From NCBI GenBank assembly GCA_035499455.1, contig DATJYS010000005.1:551348-615347 (forward strand): a stretch of 64,000 nucleotides of DNA, given 5' to 3'. The notes beneath the pieces are model-generated. The model did no database searches. It saw nothing but the letters and a program-made list of their open reading frames with translations, and had not been told where the DNA came from. This DNA is from Thermoplasmata archaeon. Lineage in GTDB: Archaea > Thermoplasmatota > Thermoplasmata > Lutacidiplasmatales > UBA184. The translations under genes and the position numbers were made by a program. Below, piece by piece: positions 26,541-36,038 of the stretch (position 1 is its first letter; every line of letters starts with the position of its first letter).

Positions 26541-27158
26541 CTACGGCTGGACGACGGCGTAGGCGTTGTTGCCCAGCACCTTCGTGATCTTCGCGTTGAT
26601 CGTGGCGCCGCGCTGGTTCGCTCCGGTCACGAAGATGACGAACCCTTCCTTCTTGGCGACGCCGTCCCCTCGTCGCCCGACGTCCTCGATAGTGAGGCGG
26701 TAGACCTCTCCGACGACGACCGGGGCGCGGGGCTTCTCGGGGGCGACGACCCGGCGGACCGTGATCGGGCGCTGCGCGCCGCACGCCTCGCAGACGAGGA
26801 GCGTGAGGCGCCCGTCCTTCTGGAGGTGGGTGTCGGGCCGCTTGCACTCCGAGCAGATCACGTACTTCGCGGTGTACTCCCGGATCCGCGTGCCGACCTG
26901 CTCCTTCGTGAGCCGGGACTTGAGGACCCCGCGGGGAAGGTCGAGGACCCCCGGGCAGCCGAACTCCTTCGCGAGGTAGCCGATCAGATGGGCCGGTTCG
27001 CGCCGCATCACGCCGGCGATCTCCTGGAGGTTGCGGATGACCGTGTTCTTCCCGTCGGACATCATGTCCGGGTCGGGGACGACGAACCGCTCGCCGGCCG
27101 CGCGGACCGGGGGCAGCTTCGCGCGGGCCCGCTCGAGCAGGACCGAGTACGGCTCCAT
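26541..27158 (-). CDS. eif2b: translation initiation factor aIF2 beta subunit with C-terminal TRAM domain
   Basis: aIF2-beta zinc ribbon (VICSECKRPDT...CEACG) followed by a TRAM-like beta-barrel (VGEVYRLTIEDVGRRGDGVAKKEGFVIFV). Confidence 0.8.
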   Translation of the reverse strand: MEPYSVLLERARAKLPPVRAAGERFVVPDPDMMSDGKNTVIRNLQEIAGVMRREPAHLIGYLAKEFGCPGVLDLPRGVLKSRLTKEQVGTRIREYTAKYVICSECKRPDTHLQKDGRLTLLVCEACGAQRPITVRRVVAPEKPRAPVVVGEVYRLTIEDVGRRGDGVAKKEGFVIFVTGANQRGATINAKITKVLGNNAYAVVQP

Positions 27159-27202
27159 GGAACGGATTACGAGCGAGCGGTCGGGGATAAGGCTTCCCGC
27201 CC

Positions 27203-27856
27203 TCACGCCGGCGGGAACCGCTCGAGGACGTCGAGAACCTTCGCGAGGTCGCGCTCCGCGACGACCGCGCTGGCGCCACGACGGACCGCCTCGTCCTCGG
27301 GGAGGAAGGCGATCCCGACGCGGCTGCGGCGGAACAGCCCGACGTCGATCTCGGAGTTCCCGACCGAGGCGGTCTCCTCCGGGCGGAACCCCAGCTGCGC
27401 CTGGAGCGCGGCGAGGACCCCTTCCTTGTCGTGGATCGGCACCCGGACGATCCCCTCGCCCGTCAGCTGACCGTGGGCGGTCACCCGGAACCCGTTCGCG
27501 AGCGCGACGTCGATGCCGAGCTCGCGGGCGATGCGGCGGGCGAGCAGGTCGATCCCTCCGCTGACGATCGCGGTCCGGACCCCGCGCCGGTGCAGTCCGT
27601 CGATCAGCGCCTTCGCGCCCGGCATCAACGGCACCGTCCCCAGGATCCGCTCGAGGTCGAAGACGGTCAGCTGCGGCGCATGCCGTCGCCAGATCACGAT
27701 GTCGGTCCGGATGAACTCCTCGTCGTCGATCTCGTTCGCGAGGAACCTCCTCAACCCCTCCGCGTTGTGCTCGCCGAAGTGCTCGTGGACGGCAGCCCAC
27801 GAGCTCGCCACGTCGACGAGCGTTCCGTCCATGTCGAGGGCGACGAACCTAAGCAC
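27203..27856 (-). CDS. HAD-family phosphatase (phosphoserine phosphatase SerB-like)
   Basis: DxD motif (FVALDMDGTLVD) and further HAD motifs (IVSGG, GNSEIDV). Start is placed at GTG 27856. Confidence 0.65.
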   Translation of the reverse strand: MLRFVALDMDGTLVDVASSWAAVHEHFGEHNAEGLRRFLANEIDDEEFIRTDIVIWRRHAPQLTVFDLERILGTVPLMPGAKALIDGLHRRGVRTAIVSGGIDLLARRIARELGIDVALANGFRVTAHGQLTGEGIVRVPIHDKEGVLAALQAQLGFRPEETASVGNSEIDVGLFRRSRVGIAFLPEDEAVRRGASAVVAERDLAKVLDVLERFPPA

Positions 27857-28838
27857 GTTCGCCCCGGGCGATCGCCTCGGCCCGGTCGAGCACCGCGTCG
27901 TCCGGCCGGGCGACCCACGCCGCGAGGTTCTCGTCGACCTGCCCCGGCCGGCTGGCGCCGAACACCGGGACCGCACCCTGGCGTCGCAGCCAGTGGAGGG
28001 CGAGGGAGGCGACGGGGAGATGGGACTCCTGCGCGAGGTCGCGCAGCGCCCGGGCCTTCGCGAGCGTCTCCTTCTCCCGTTCCGGCTCGAGGAGTCGTTC
28101 GGAGAGCCGCCGGACCCCTGCGGGGATCCGCTGGCCGTCCAGGTACCGGCCGTTCAGGAGCCCCCGCGCGAGCGGGGTGTACGCCTCGAGCAGGATCCCG
28201 TGGGTCTGGCAGTACTCGCGCACCGGGTCCCCGTCGTCCCGGTCGAGGAGGTTGTAGCGGACCTGGTTGACGGCGATCCGGGTCTCGTGAAGGTGCTTCG
28301 CCGCGGTCTCGAGATCGTCGACCGAGAAGTTCGAGACCCCGATCGCGCCGACCTTCCCTTCCTTCCAGAGCGCCTCGAGCGCGGGCATCGTCTCCTCGAG
28401 GGAGACCCGCGGGTCCGGTGCGTGGACGAGGTAGAGGTCCACGGTGCGGCGGGCGAGCCGTTCGAGGCTGTTGATGAGGCTCGCGCGGACCTGGGCCGGT
28501 CTGAGGTGCTCCCAGGAGACCTTCGTCACTACGAACGCGTCGTCCGCGCCGCCGGCCGCCCGATGCAGGACCTCGCCGAGGATCCGTTCCGAGCGCCCCC
28601 CGCCGTAGACCTCCGCGGTGTCGAACCATCGCATCCCGCGTTCGTAGGCGCGTCCGATCGTCGCCTTGGTGCGGGCCTCGTCCTCGGAGGTCCAGCGGCC
28701 GAGACCCCAGAGCCCAAGACCGAGCACGGGGTGCGGCTTCCGTCCCGCGGCGAGCGGTATCGAATCGATCGCCCCGCCGGCTGCGGGCGCCCGGGGCGCG
28801 GGGGCTCGGCGGGGTTTCGGAGCGGGGCGTTTCGTCAT
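27849..28838 (-). CDS. aldo/keto reductase
   Basis: AKR family sequence (WFDTAEVYG, LYLVHAPD). Its ATG overlaps the valS stop (ATGA). Confidence 0.8.
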   Translation of the reverse strand: MTKRPAPKPRRAPAPRAPAAGGAIDSIPLAAGRKPHPVLGLGLWGLGRWTSEDEARTKATIGRAYERGMRWFDTAEVYGGGRSERILGEVLHRAAGGADDAFVVTKVSWEHLRPAQVRASLINSLERLARRTVDLYLVHAPDPRVSLEETMPALEALWKEGKVGAIGVSNFSVDDLETAAKHLHETRIAVNQVRYNLLDRDDGDPVREYCQTHGILLEAYTPLARGLLNGRYLDGQRIPAGVRRLSERLLEPEREKETLAKARALRDLAQESHLPVASLALHWLRRQGAVPVFGASRPGQVDENLAAWVARPDDAVLDRAEAIARGERA

Positions 28839-31519
28839 GGGGTGCCGACCGATGCACGGCTCTCCTTCAACTGTTCGTCGATGCGCTGGATGCGCCCGGC
28901 GAGCTCCGCGGCCTTCTCCTCGGCCTCGCGGACGACCTCCGGCGGAGCGCGCGCGCGGAACCCCGCGTCGGCGAGGCGTCCCCGGCTCTTCTCGAGCAGC
29001 GCGGAGAGCTTCTCCCGCTCGCGCTCGAGCGTGTCGGTCGACCCGGCGGCGACCGGCGAGCGCTCGAGGAAGCACTCCCCGAACGGCGCGACGCGTCCGG
29101 CGGTGTGTCCGGGTGGAGCGACGCCGGCGTCGAGCAGCTCCGGGCCGGTGACGTGTGCGAGCCGCGCGATCGTCCCCCGCTGAGCGCCCAGGATCCGAGC
29201 GACCTCGGGCCCGGACGGGCGGATCCACGCTCGCGGCGACGTTCCGGGCGCGGGGGTCTCCTCCGCCTTCAGGTTGCGCAGCAGATGGACCGCCTCGAGG
29301 ACCGGCTCCATCTCGACCTCCGCGAGCGGGTCCGGCACGACCTCCGCGGCCGGAGGCCACGGGGCCGCGTCGAGCAGGCCGTCCGGATGCGGGAGGGCGT
29401 GCCACAATTCCTCGGTGACGTGCGGAACGAACGGGTGGAGCAGGCGCAGCGATCGCTCCACGACGAACAGGAGCACGGCCTGCGTCTCCCGTCGCAGCTC
29501 CTCGCCCCGCGTCCCTGAGAGCGCCTCCTTGGAGATCTCGACGTAGCGGTCGGCGACGTCGTGCCAGACGAACGAGTGGAGCGCGGTCGCGGCCCGGGAC
29601 GGTTCGAACGCGTCGAGCGCCCGGTCGATCTCGGCGCGGGTCCGCTCGTACCGCGCCAGGACCCAACGGTTCTCGAGGGCCGCGGACAGGCCGAGCACGG
29701 GCGCCCGATCCGGCGGGCCAGCCCCGGGCGGGACGTGGGGCAGCGTGAACCGCACGAGGTTCCAGAGCTTCGTGAGGAAGTTCCGCGCCCCCTCGAGCGC
29801 CGCCGGCCCGAACGGTCCGTCCTCGTCCGTCGGGTTCGGGAAGACGAGCGAGAACCGGAGGGCGTCGGCCCCCCGGGTCCGGATCACCTCCGCCGGGTCG
29901 GGGGAGTTCCCGAGGTGCTTCGACATCCGCCGGCCTTGCTCGTCGCGGAGCATCCCGGTGAAGTAGACGTCGGCGAACGGAGCCCGGCCGGTGAACCGGT
30001 ACCCGGCCATCATCATCCGGGCGACCCAGAAGAACATGATGTCGCGGCCGGTGACGAGCACGTTCGTCGGGTAGTACTGGTCGAGCGCTCCCGTTGCCTC
30101 GGGCCAGCCGAGCGCGGCGAACGGCCACAACCACGACGTGAACCAGGTGTCCAGCACGTCGGGGTCGTCCCGGAGCTCGCGGCCCCGGCACGCCGGGCAG
30201 GCGGTCGGCCGGTCGACCGCGGCGGTCGCCTCCCCGCACGCGGTGCAGTGGTAGACCGGGATCGGGTGGCCCCAGAGCACCTGCCGCGAGATGCACCAGT
30301 CCTGGATCTCCTCCATCCACCGGAAGAACGTCCGGCTCCAGCGCTCCGGGTGGATCCGGATCTCCCCCGCTTGAACACCGTGCACGGCCGGGGCCGCCAA
30401 CGGCGCCATCCGCACGAACCACTGGGTCGAGAGCCGTGGCTCGATCGGCACCTCGGAGCGCTCCGACCGCGCCACCGCATGGCGGTACGGGACCCGGCGC
30501 AGCAACGTGCCCGACGATTCGAGCGCCTCGATCGCCTGCTTCCGCGCCGCGTCGCGGTCGAGTCCCCGGTACGGCTCGGGTACCCAGGCGCCCGTGAGCC
30601 GGGCGGATTCGTCGAAGATCTCGACGGCGGCGAGGAGCTCCGGGTGGCGCGCCGCGATCTCCCGGTCGACCAGGTCGTGGCGTGGCGTGATCTTGAGCGC
30701 TCCGGCGCCGAACGCCGGGTCGACGGACGGGTCGGTGATGACCGGCACCACGCGGCCGGCGAGCGGCACGACGACCGCGCGGCCGACCTCGGCGGCGTGC
30801 CGGGCGTCGTCCGGGTGCACCGCGACCGCGACGTCGCCGAAGACGGTCTCCGGGCGGACGGTTGCGACCTCGATCCCTCCGGGGCTCCCGTCCGCGAACG
30901 CGTAGCGCAGGTAGAGCAGCTCGCCGTCCTCCTCCGTGTGGACGACCTCGAGGTCCGAGAGGGCGGTCTTCAGCCGCGGGTCCCAGTTCACCATCCGCTC
31001 GCCGCGGTAGATGAGCCCGGCCCGGTGGAGCGTGACGAATGCTTCCCGCGTCGCGCGCGCGCTGAGCGGGTCCATCGTGTAACGCCAACGGGGCCAATCG
31101 ACCGAGAAGCCGCCGAGCCGGATCTGCTCGCGGATCCGCCGCTCGTGCTCCTCGACCCAGCGTCCGATCTCGCGGAGCGCGTCCTCGCGGGAGAGGTCGT
31201 CGAAGCGCACCCCTTGGCGCTGAAGGCGCCGACGGACCTCGACCTGCGTCGCGAGCCCCGCGTGGTCGAGCCCCGGCACCCACAGGGTGGCGACCCCGCG
31301 CATCCGGTGGACGCGGGCGAGAACGTCCATCACCGTGTCGCCGAGCATGTGTCCGATCGTCAGCACCCCCGTGACGTTCGGCGGAGGGAGCACGAACGAG
31401 AACGTCGCTCCGGTCGGGCGCTCGGGGGCGTCGAACGCGTGGGCCTCTTCCCACGCCCGTTGCCACCGGGGCTCGATCGCCGCGGGATCGAACCGGGGCG
31501 CGAGCGGGCCGCCGCTCAC
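28835..31519 (-). CDS. valS: valine--tRNA ligase
   Basis: Class I aaRS with HIGH (TIGHMLGD) and KMSKS (RMSKHLGN) motifs, editing domain and C-terminal coiled coil. 894 aa. Confidence 0.9.
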   Translation of the reverse strand: MSGGPLAPRFDPAAIEPRWQRAWEEAHAFDAPERPTGATFSFVLPPPNVTGVLTIGHMLGDTVMDVLARVHRMRGVATLWVPGLDHAGLATQVEVRRRLQRQGVRFDDLSREDALREIGRWVEEHERRIREQIRLGGFSVDWPRWRYTMDPLSARATREAFVTLHRAGLIYRGERMVNWDPRLKTALSDLEVVHTEEDGELLYLRYAFADGSPGGIEVATVRPETVFGDVAVAVHPDDARHAAEVGRAVVVPLAGRVVPVITDPSVDPAFGAGALKITPRHDLVDREIAARHPELLAAVEIFDESARLTGAWVPEPYRGLDRDAARKQAIEALESSGTLLRRVPYRHAVARSERSEVPIEPRLSTQWFVRMAPLAAPAVHGVQAGEIRIHPERWSRTFFRWMEEIQDWCISRQVLWGHPIPVYHCTACGEATAAVDRPTACPACRGRELRDDPDVLDTWFTSWLWPFAALGWPEATGALDQYYPTNVLVTGRDIMFFWVARMMMAGYRFTGRAPFADVYFTGMLRDEQGRRMSKHLGNSPDPAEVIRTRGADALRFSLVFPNPTDEDGPFGPAALEGARNFLTKLWNLVRFTLPHVPPGAGPPDRAPVLGLSAALENRWVLARYERTRAEIDRALDAFEPSRAATALHSFVWHDVADRYVEISKEALSGTRGEELRRETQAVLLFVVERSLRLLHPFVPHVTEELWHALPHPDGLLDAAPWPPAAEVVPDPLAEVEMEPVLEAVHLLRNLKAEETPAPGTSPRAWIRPSGPEVARILGAQRGTIARLAHVTGPELLDAGVAPPGHTAGRVAPFGECFLERSPVAAGSTDTLEREREKLSALLEKSRGRLADAGFRARAPPEVVREAEEKAAELAGRIQRIDEQLKESRASVGTP

Positions 31520-33165
31520 CGTTCCGACCCTCCGAGCGCGTACGGGCTAAGGACGGCGAGCTCGCCGACGGCGACGATCGCCATGAGGGGGAGCCCCTCG
31601 AGGGCGTAGGCGACGAGCGGCGCGGCGGCGACGATCAGCCCCGGGATCGCGATCAGGAACGCGATCCACCCTCCCGAGTAGAGGTTCGCTACGGGGAATC
31701 CTTTGGCGCGCGCCCGACGGAACAGCCAGCCTAGCTCGACGAACGCGGCGGCAAGCACCGCGGGGAGCTCGGCAAGCACGAACGCGAGGAACAGGTCCGG
31801 GTCGTTGACCCGCAGGCTGGCGAGGGCGAGGACGATCGCGCTCGCGACAACGTAAATGAGGCAGATCAGCGTCGCCTTCCCGAGGACGACCGAGCGGTCC
31901 CGCAGCGGGAGCGTCCGGCCGTAGGAGTACGCCAGCACCTCGATCGCGAAAAACGCGGGGCCAAAGAAGGTTGCGAGGAGCGCGGCCGCCGTGACGGTTC
32001 CGATCGCGAGCCCCTGAGCCGCCGACGCCCGCGGGGCGTCGACGACCGTGAGCAGCCCGAGGGCGACCGCGTCCAGGATCGGCAGGAGGAGCAGGAAGGC
32101 GTAGCCGGGGGTGCGGCTGGCGATCCGCAGGTCCTTCGTCAGGACCGCCCACGCGGCGGCCTGCGGGTGCAGGCGGTGGGTCGTCGCCGGCGCGACGGCC
32201 GTCGTGCCGATCGGAACGTGGCCCAGCTCCCGAATCTCCCGGAAGAGCCACACCGCAGACCAGGCAACGAGCCCGAGGTAGAGCGCGGCGCCGAGGGCGA
32301 GGGCCAGCGCCGCGGCCGTGTCGAGACCGACGTCGCGGGTGCCGTGGGCCGCGACCCCGGTCAAGAGGGCGAACGGCACGGGATAGGTGGCGTAGATCAG
32401 GTCCCGGAGCAGCGACGCTCCGCGCTCCATCGCGACGTCCTGGAGGAGGAACAGGAACCGGAAACCGGTCGTCACGAAACCGAGGATCGCGAACGACGGG
32501 AGCAGCCAAAGGACCAGGAGCGTCCATCGGACGGCCGTCCCTCCTCCGCCGCCGCGCGCCCCCTGGATGCGGTGGACAAAGAACCGGCCGGTCACGAGAG
32601 AAAGCGCGAGGGCGAAGACGACGGACGCCACCACCCCCGGAACGATCGCGAGCCCCGCGGCCGGCCCGAGGGCGAGCCCGAGGGCGACCGGGGTGACCAG
32701 AAGCACCGTGACGATCGGGAGATCGAACAGGCGGAAGTACAGGATCGCCGCGGCGCGGCGGTAAGTCGGCCCATCGATCGGCAGCGTCTCGAGAACCGGA
32801 AGGACCGCCGAGGAGAGCAGAGTCGGCAGGACCTGGAGCCCGGTCCACCAGAGGAACGCCGCATCGAGCGTCAAGAGGCCCGTGAGGACCCCCGTGTCGA
32901 GGACCGTCGCCGGGATCACGTAGCCGAAGAGCGACGAGGAGACGCGGGCGCCGTCGTGCAGGAACGCGGCCGCTCCGATCGCCAGGAGCGCGAGGAGGGC
33001 GCTAACGATCGCCTTGCTCTGGTTGACCCGGCTCCGGCCCTTCGGAACGAGGGATTTGGAGGAGGTGACGGGAACGAGGTTCCCTTGCCGGAACGCGTAG
33101 ACCGCCTGGAAGGAGAGCTCCCCGAACGCCACGCCCCCGAGGCGCCACGCCTCGCGCCAGCCCAT
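31516..33165 (-). CDS. ABC-2-type transporter permease (multi-TM, 550 aa)
   Basis: Highly hydrophobic ORF. Its stop overlaps the valS ATG (ATGA) and its ATG 33165 lies 1 nt after the upstream ATPase stop. Confidence 0.55.
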   Translation of the reverse strand: MGWREAWRLGGVAFGELSFQAVYAFRQGNLVPVTSSKSLVPKGRSRVNQSKAIVSALLALLAIGAAAFLHDGARVSSSLFGYVIPATVLDTGVLTGLLTLDAAFLWWTGLQVLPTLLSSAVLPVLETLPIDGPTYRRAAAILYFRLFDLPIVTVLLVTPVALGLALGPAAGLAIVPGVVASVVFALALSLVTGRFFVHRIQGARGGGGGTAVRWTLLVLWLLPSFAILGFVTTGFRFLFLLQDVAMERGASLLRDLIYATYPVPFALLTGVAAHGTRDVGLDTAAALALALGAALYLGLVAWSAVWLFREIRELGHVPIGTTAVAPATTHRLHPQAAAWAVLTKDLRIASRTPGYAFLLLLPILDAVALGLLTVVDAPRASAAQGLAIGTVTAAALLATFFGPAFFAIEVLAYSYGRTLPLRDRSVVLGKATLICLIYVVASAIVLALASLRVNDPDLFLAFVLAELPAVLAAAFVELGWLFRRARAKGFPVANLYSGGWIAFLIAIPGLIVAAAPLVAYALEGLPLMAIVAVGELAVLSPYALGGSER

Positions 33166-33166
33166 C

Positions 33167-33967
33167 CTACCGCTCCCCGAGCAGGGCGACCGCGTCGGAG
33201 AGCCCTTCGTCCTCCCGCGTGAGCCGAAGGAAGATCTCCTCCAGGGAGGCGTCGCCGCTCTCGATGCGCCCCCGCAGCTCGGGGACCGTTCCTTCCCCCT
33301 GGAGGACGCCGCCGTCAAGGATGCCGACGCGGTGGCAGAGCTCCTGGGCGACCTCCATCGTGTGCGTCGAGAAGAGGACCCCTCGGCCGCTCTCCGTGAC
33401 GTACCGGCGGAGGAGGTCCTTCACGATCCGCACCGACCTCGGGTCGAGGCCGTTCAACGGCTCGTCGAGCACGAGCAGCCGGGGGGCGTGCAGGAGCGCG
33501 GCGATCAGGAGGACCTTCTGGCGCGTGCCGTTCGACAGCGCCACGATCGGCTCCTCGAACTCCGACTCGAGACGGAACGCCAGGGCGTACGTCCGCGCCC
33601 GGGCCGTCGCCGTCGACGCGTCGAGCCGCCGGACCCCAGCGACGAACTCAAGGAACTCCCTCGGCGTCAGCGAGTCGTAGAGCATCGAGGTCTCGGGGAC
33701 GTAGCCGATCTCCTCCTTCGTGCGGAGCCCCGCCTCGGTCACGTCCAGGCCGAAGACCCGGACGCGTCCCGCGTGCGGGCGCACGAGGCCGACCACGGAC
33801 TTGATCGTGCTCGATTTCCCCGCCCCGTTGGAGCCGAGCAGTCCGTAGATCTCGCCGGGGCGGACGGTGACGGTCAGACCGGAGACCGCCCGCCGCTCGC
33901 CGTACTGGACGACGAGCCCCTCGATCGCGAGGGGCGGGCCCCTCGGCGATGCGGGGTCCGTCGCCAT
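33167..33967 (-). CDS. ABC transporter ATP-binding protein
   Basis: Walker A (GSNGAGKSS), signature (LSNGTRQKV) and Walker B (LLVLDEP). Start at ATG 33967. Confidence 0.8.
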   Translation of the reverse strand: MATDPASPRGPPLAIEGLVVQYGERRAVSGLTVTVRPGEIYGLLGSNGAGKSSTIKSVVGLVRPHAGRVRVFGLDVTEAGLRTKEEIGYVPETSMLYDSLTPREFLEFVAGVRRLDASTATARARTYALAFRLESEFEEPIVALSNGTRQKVLLIAALLHAPRLLVLDEPLNGLDPRSVRIVKDLLRRYVTESGRGVLFSTHTMEVAQELCHRVGILDGGVLQGEGTVPELRGRIESGDASLEEIFLRLTREDEGLSDAVALLGER

Positions 33968-34013
33968 CGCGATTCCATCGGCGACGAGGGTCAATAAAGA
34001 GACGGGCGCTCGG

Positions 34014-35489
34014 CTACTTCGATCGCAGGAGCGGGAAGAGGAGGGCGTCCTTGATGGAGGGGAGGCCGAGGAGGGCCATGACGAGGCGGTCGACGCCGAT
34101 GCCGATCCCGGTCGTCGGCGGAAGGCCGTACCGGAGCGCCTCCACGTAGTCGAGGTCGAAAGCGTACCGGTCGTCGCCCCGTTCCCCCAGCTGCTCCCGG
34201 AACCGCTGCTCTTGCTCGTCCGGGTCGGTGAGCTCCGTGTACGCGTTGGCGAGCTCGAACCCGGGGGCGAACACCTCGAATCGTTCGACGCGGCCGGGCT
34301 TCGTCCGGTGGCGCTTCGCAAGCGGCGTGGTCACCGCCGGGTGATCGACGACGAACGTGATCCGGTCGATCGTCGGCTCCACGTAGTGCTCGAACAGCTT
34401 GTCGAGGAACGTGCCGGTGGAGGAGTTTTCCGGGACGGTCGAGCCAGCGCGTCGGGCGAGGTCCCTGAGATCGTCCCGGGACTTCGAGGCGAGGCCCGGG
34501 ATCCCGCTCGCCTGCTCGAGCGCCTCCACGAAATCGAGCGTTGCGAACGGCGGCCGGAAGCGCGCGGCGGCCCGCACGGCGTCGGCGTTGTCGGGGAGGA
34601 GTTCGACCGTTCGCTTGGCGAGCCGCTCGAACAGCGCTTCCGTGAAGCGTCGCATGTCCTGGTAGTCGGCGTACGCCCAGTACGCCTCGAGCTCGCTGAA
34701 CTCGGGGGAATGGATCGTGTCGAGGTCTTCGTTGCGGAACGACCGCCCGAGCTCGTAGACGCGCTCCATCCCCCCGACCAGGAGGCGCTTCAGGGGCAGT
34801 TCGATCGAGATCCGCAGCTGGAGCTCGGCGTCGAGGAACTTCGAGCGGGTGACGAACGGAGCGGCGGCCGCCCCGCTCGCGATCCGCAGGAGCACGGGGG
34901 TCTCCACCTCGAGGAACCCGGCGTCATCGAACGCCCGTCGGATCTCCCGGACGAGCAGGCTGCGCACCCGGAACCGCTCGCGCACCTCGCGCGAGGAGAG
35001 GAGGTCGACGTACCGACGTCGGAGGCGCTCCTCCACGTCGGTCAGCCCGTGGAATTTCTCGGGCGGTGGTGAGATCGCCTTCGCGAGAAGGGTCAGGGAG
35101 TTCGCGACGAGCGTCGGCTCTCCTTTCCGGGTAAGCGTCGGATGGCCCTCCGCGCCCAGGATGTCTCCGGGGTCGAGCTCCGAGAGCCAGCCCCGGTAGC
35201 ACTCTTCTCCGAGCTCGTCAACCCGGAACAGTAGTTGGACCGATCCGGCGAGGTCGTCCAGGTCGGCGAACGCCGTGCGCCCGTGCTGTCGGATCGTACG
35301 CAATCGGCCGGCGACGCGCAGGACCGCGACGCCCGGGTCACCCCCCGGGGTCAGAGTGGCGCACGCCAAGCGCACGGCGTCCGAACCGACCCGACCCGGA
35401 AACTCCCACGGATACGGCTCGCGCCCGCTCGCCCGGATCCGAGCGACCTTCGCGCGTCGCTCCTCTTCGAGCGGAGTCCCGTCCCCCAT
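34014..35489 (-). CDS. lysS: lysine--tRNA ligase, class II
   Basis: Class II motifs (FRNEDLDTIHSPEFSELEAY; TFVVDHPAVTTPLAKRHRTKPGRVERFEVF) and an N-terminal anticodon-binding OB fold. Confidence 0.85.
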   Translation of the reverse strand: MGDGTPLEEERRAKVARIRASGREPYPWEFPGRVGSDAVRLACATLTPGGDPGVAVLRVAGRLRTIRQHGRTAFADLDDLAGSVQLLFRVDELGEECYRGWLSELDPGDILGAEGHPTLTRKGEPTLVANSLTLLAKAISPPPEKFHGLTDVEERLRRRYVDLLSSREVRERFRVRSLLVREIRRAFDDAGFLEVETPVLLRIASGAAAAPFVTRSKFLDAELQLRISIELPLKRLLVGGMERVYELGRSFRNEDLDTIHSPEFSELEAYWAYADYQDMRRFTEALFERLAKRTVELLPDNADAVRAAARFRPPFATLDFVEALEQASGIPGLASKSRDDLRDLARRAGSTVPENSSTGTFLDKLFEHYVEPTIDRITFVVDHPAVTTPLAKRHRTKPGRVERFEVFAPGFELANAYTELTDPDEQEQRFREQLGERGDDRYAFDLDYVEALRYGLPPTTGIGIGVDRLVMALLGLPSIKDALLFPLLRSK

Positions 35490-35543
35490 CGGTCGCCGCC
35501 GGCGAGGGGTCGGCGGGTAGAAAACGGCTCGTGCGGACGGCCG

Positions 35544-35945
35544 TCAGTTCGCCGGGTTCTCGAGCGCGAGGCGCTCGACACCGCCGGGACGGAAGAGCGC
35601 GAGATGCTCCGGCACGGCCGCTTCCTTGCCGGCGGGGCGGGCGGGCTCGTGGAGCAACAGGAACGTGCCGAGGAAGAACTCCGCGGCGGCGTCCCCGCCG
35701 CCGATGCCGTAGCTGACGTAGTCGGAGAAGTAGACGTGTACCTGAGCCGACCGGGTCCGGCGGATCGCCGCGAGGAAGGCGCGAGACTCCTCGGTCCCCT
35801 TGCGCTCGATCTCGTCCATCAGGTCGCGCAGGATCGGCCGCTGGCTCAGGCCGGCGAGGCCGTCGTACGAGAGGTAGATCGCCGGACGGGGCTCGAGGGC
35901 GACGATGTCGAGCCGCAGGACGGCTTCCACCGGTTTCGTGCGCAT
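35544..35945 (-). CDS. hypothetical protein (133 aa)
   Basis: ORF with non-repetitive sequence between lysS and the thermosome gene. No family recognised. Confidence 0.35.
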   Translation of the reverse strand: MRTKPVEAVLRLDIVALEPRPAIYLSYDGLAGLSQRPILRDLMDEIERKGTEESRAFLAAIRRTRSAQVHVYFSDYVSYGIGGGDAAAEFFLGTFLLLHEPARPAGKEAAVPEHLALFRPGGVERLALENPAN

Positions 35946-36038
35946 GGTGAGCGGCCTACCCGGGGTGCATTAAGAAAGCTTCGGGCCGGCGCGCCGGGAG
36001 GCGCCGGCCCGGGAAACGGGGGTGGGCCGGGGGACGAT

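Noticed and set aside
27849-31466. 1205-aa ORF (minus strand) spanning the AKR and valS regions
   Set aside because: Only its 3' 329 codons (AKR, from ATG 28838) look real. Upstream it is an out-of-frame read-through across valS with Arg/Pro-rich content. valS itself is in another frame with HIGH and KMSKS motifs.
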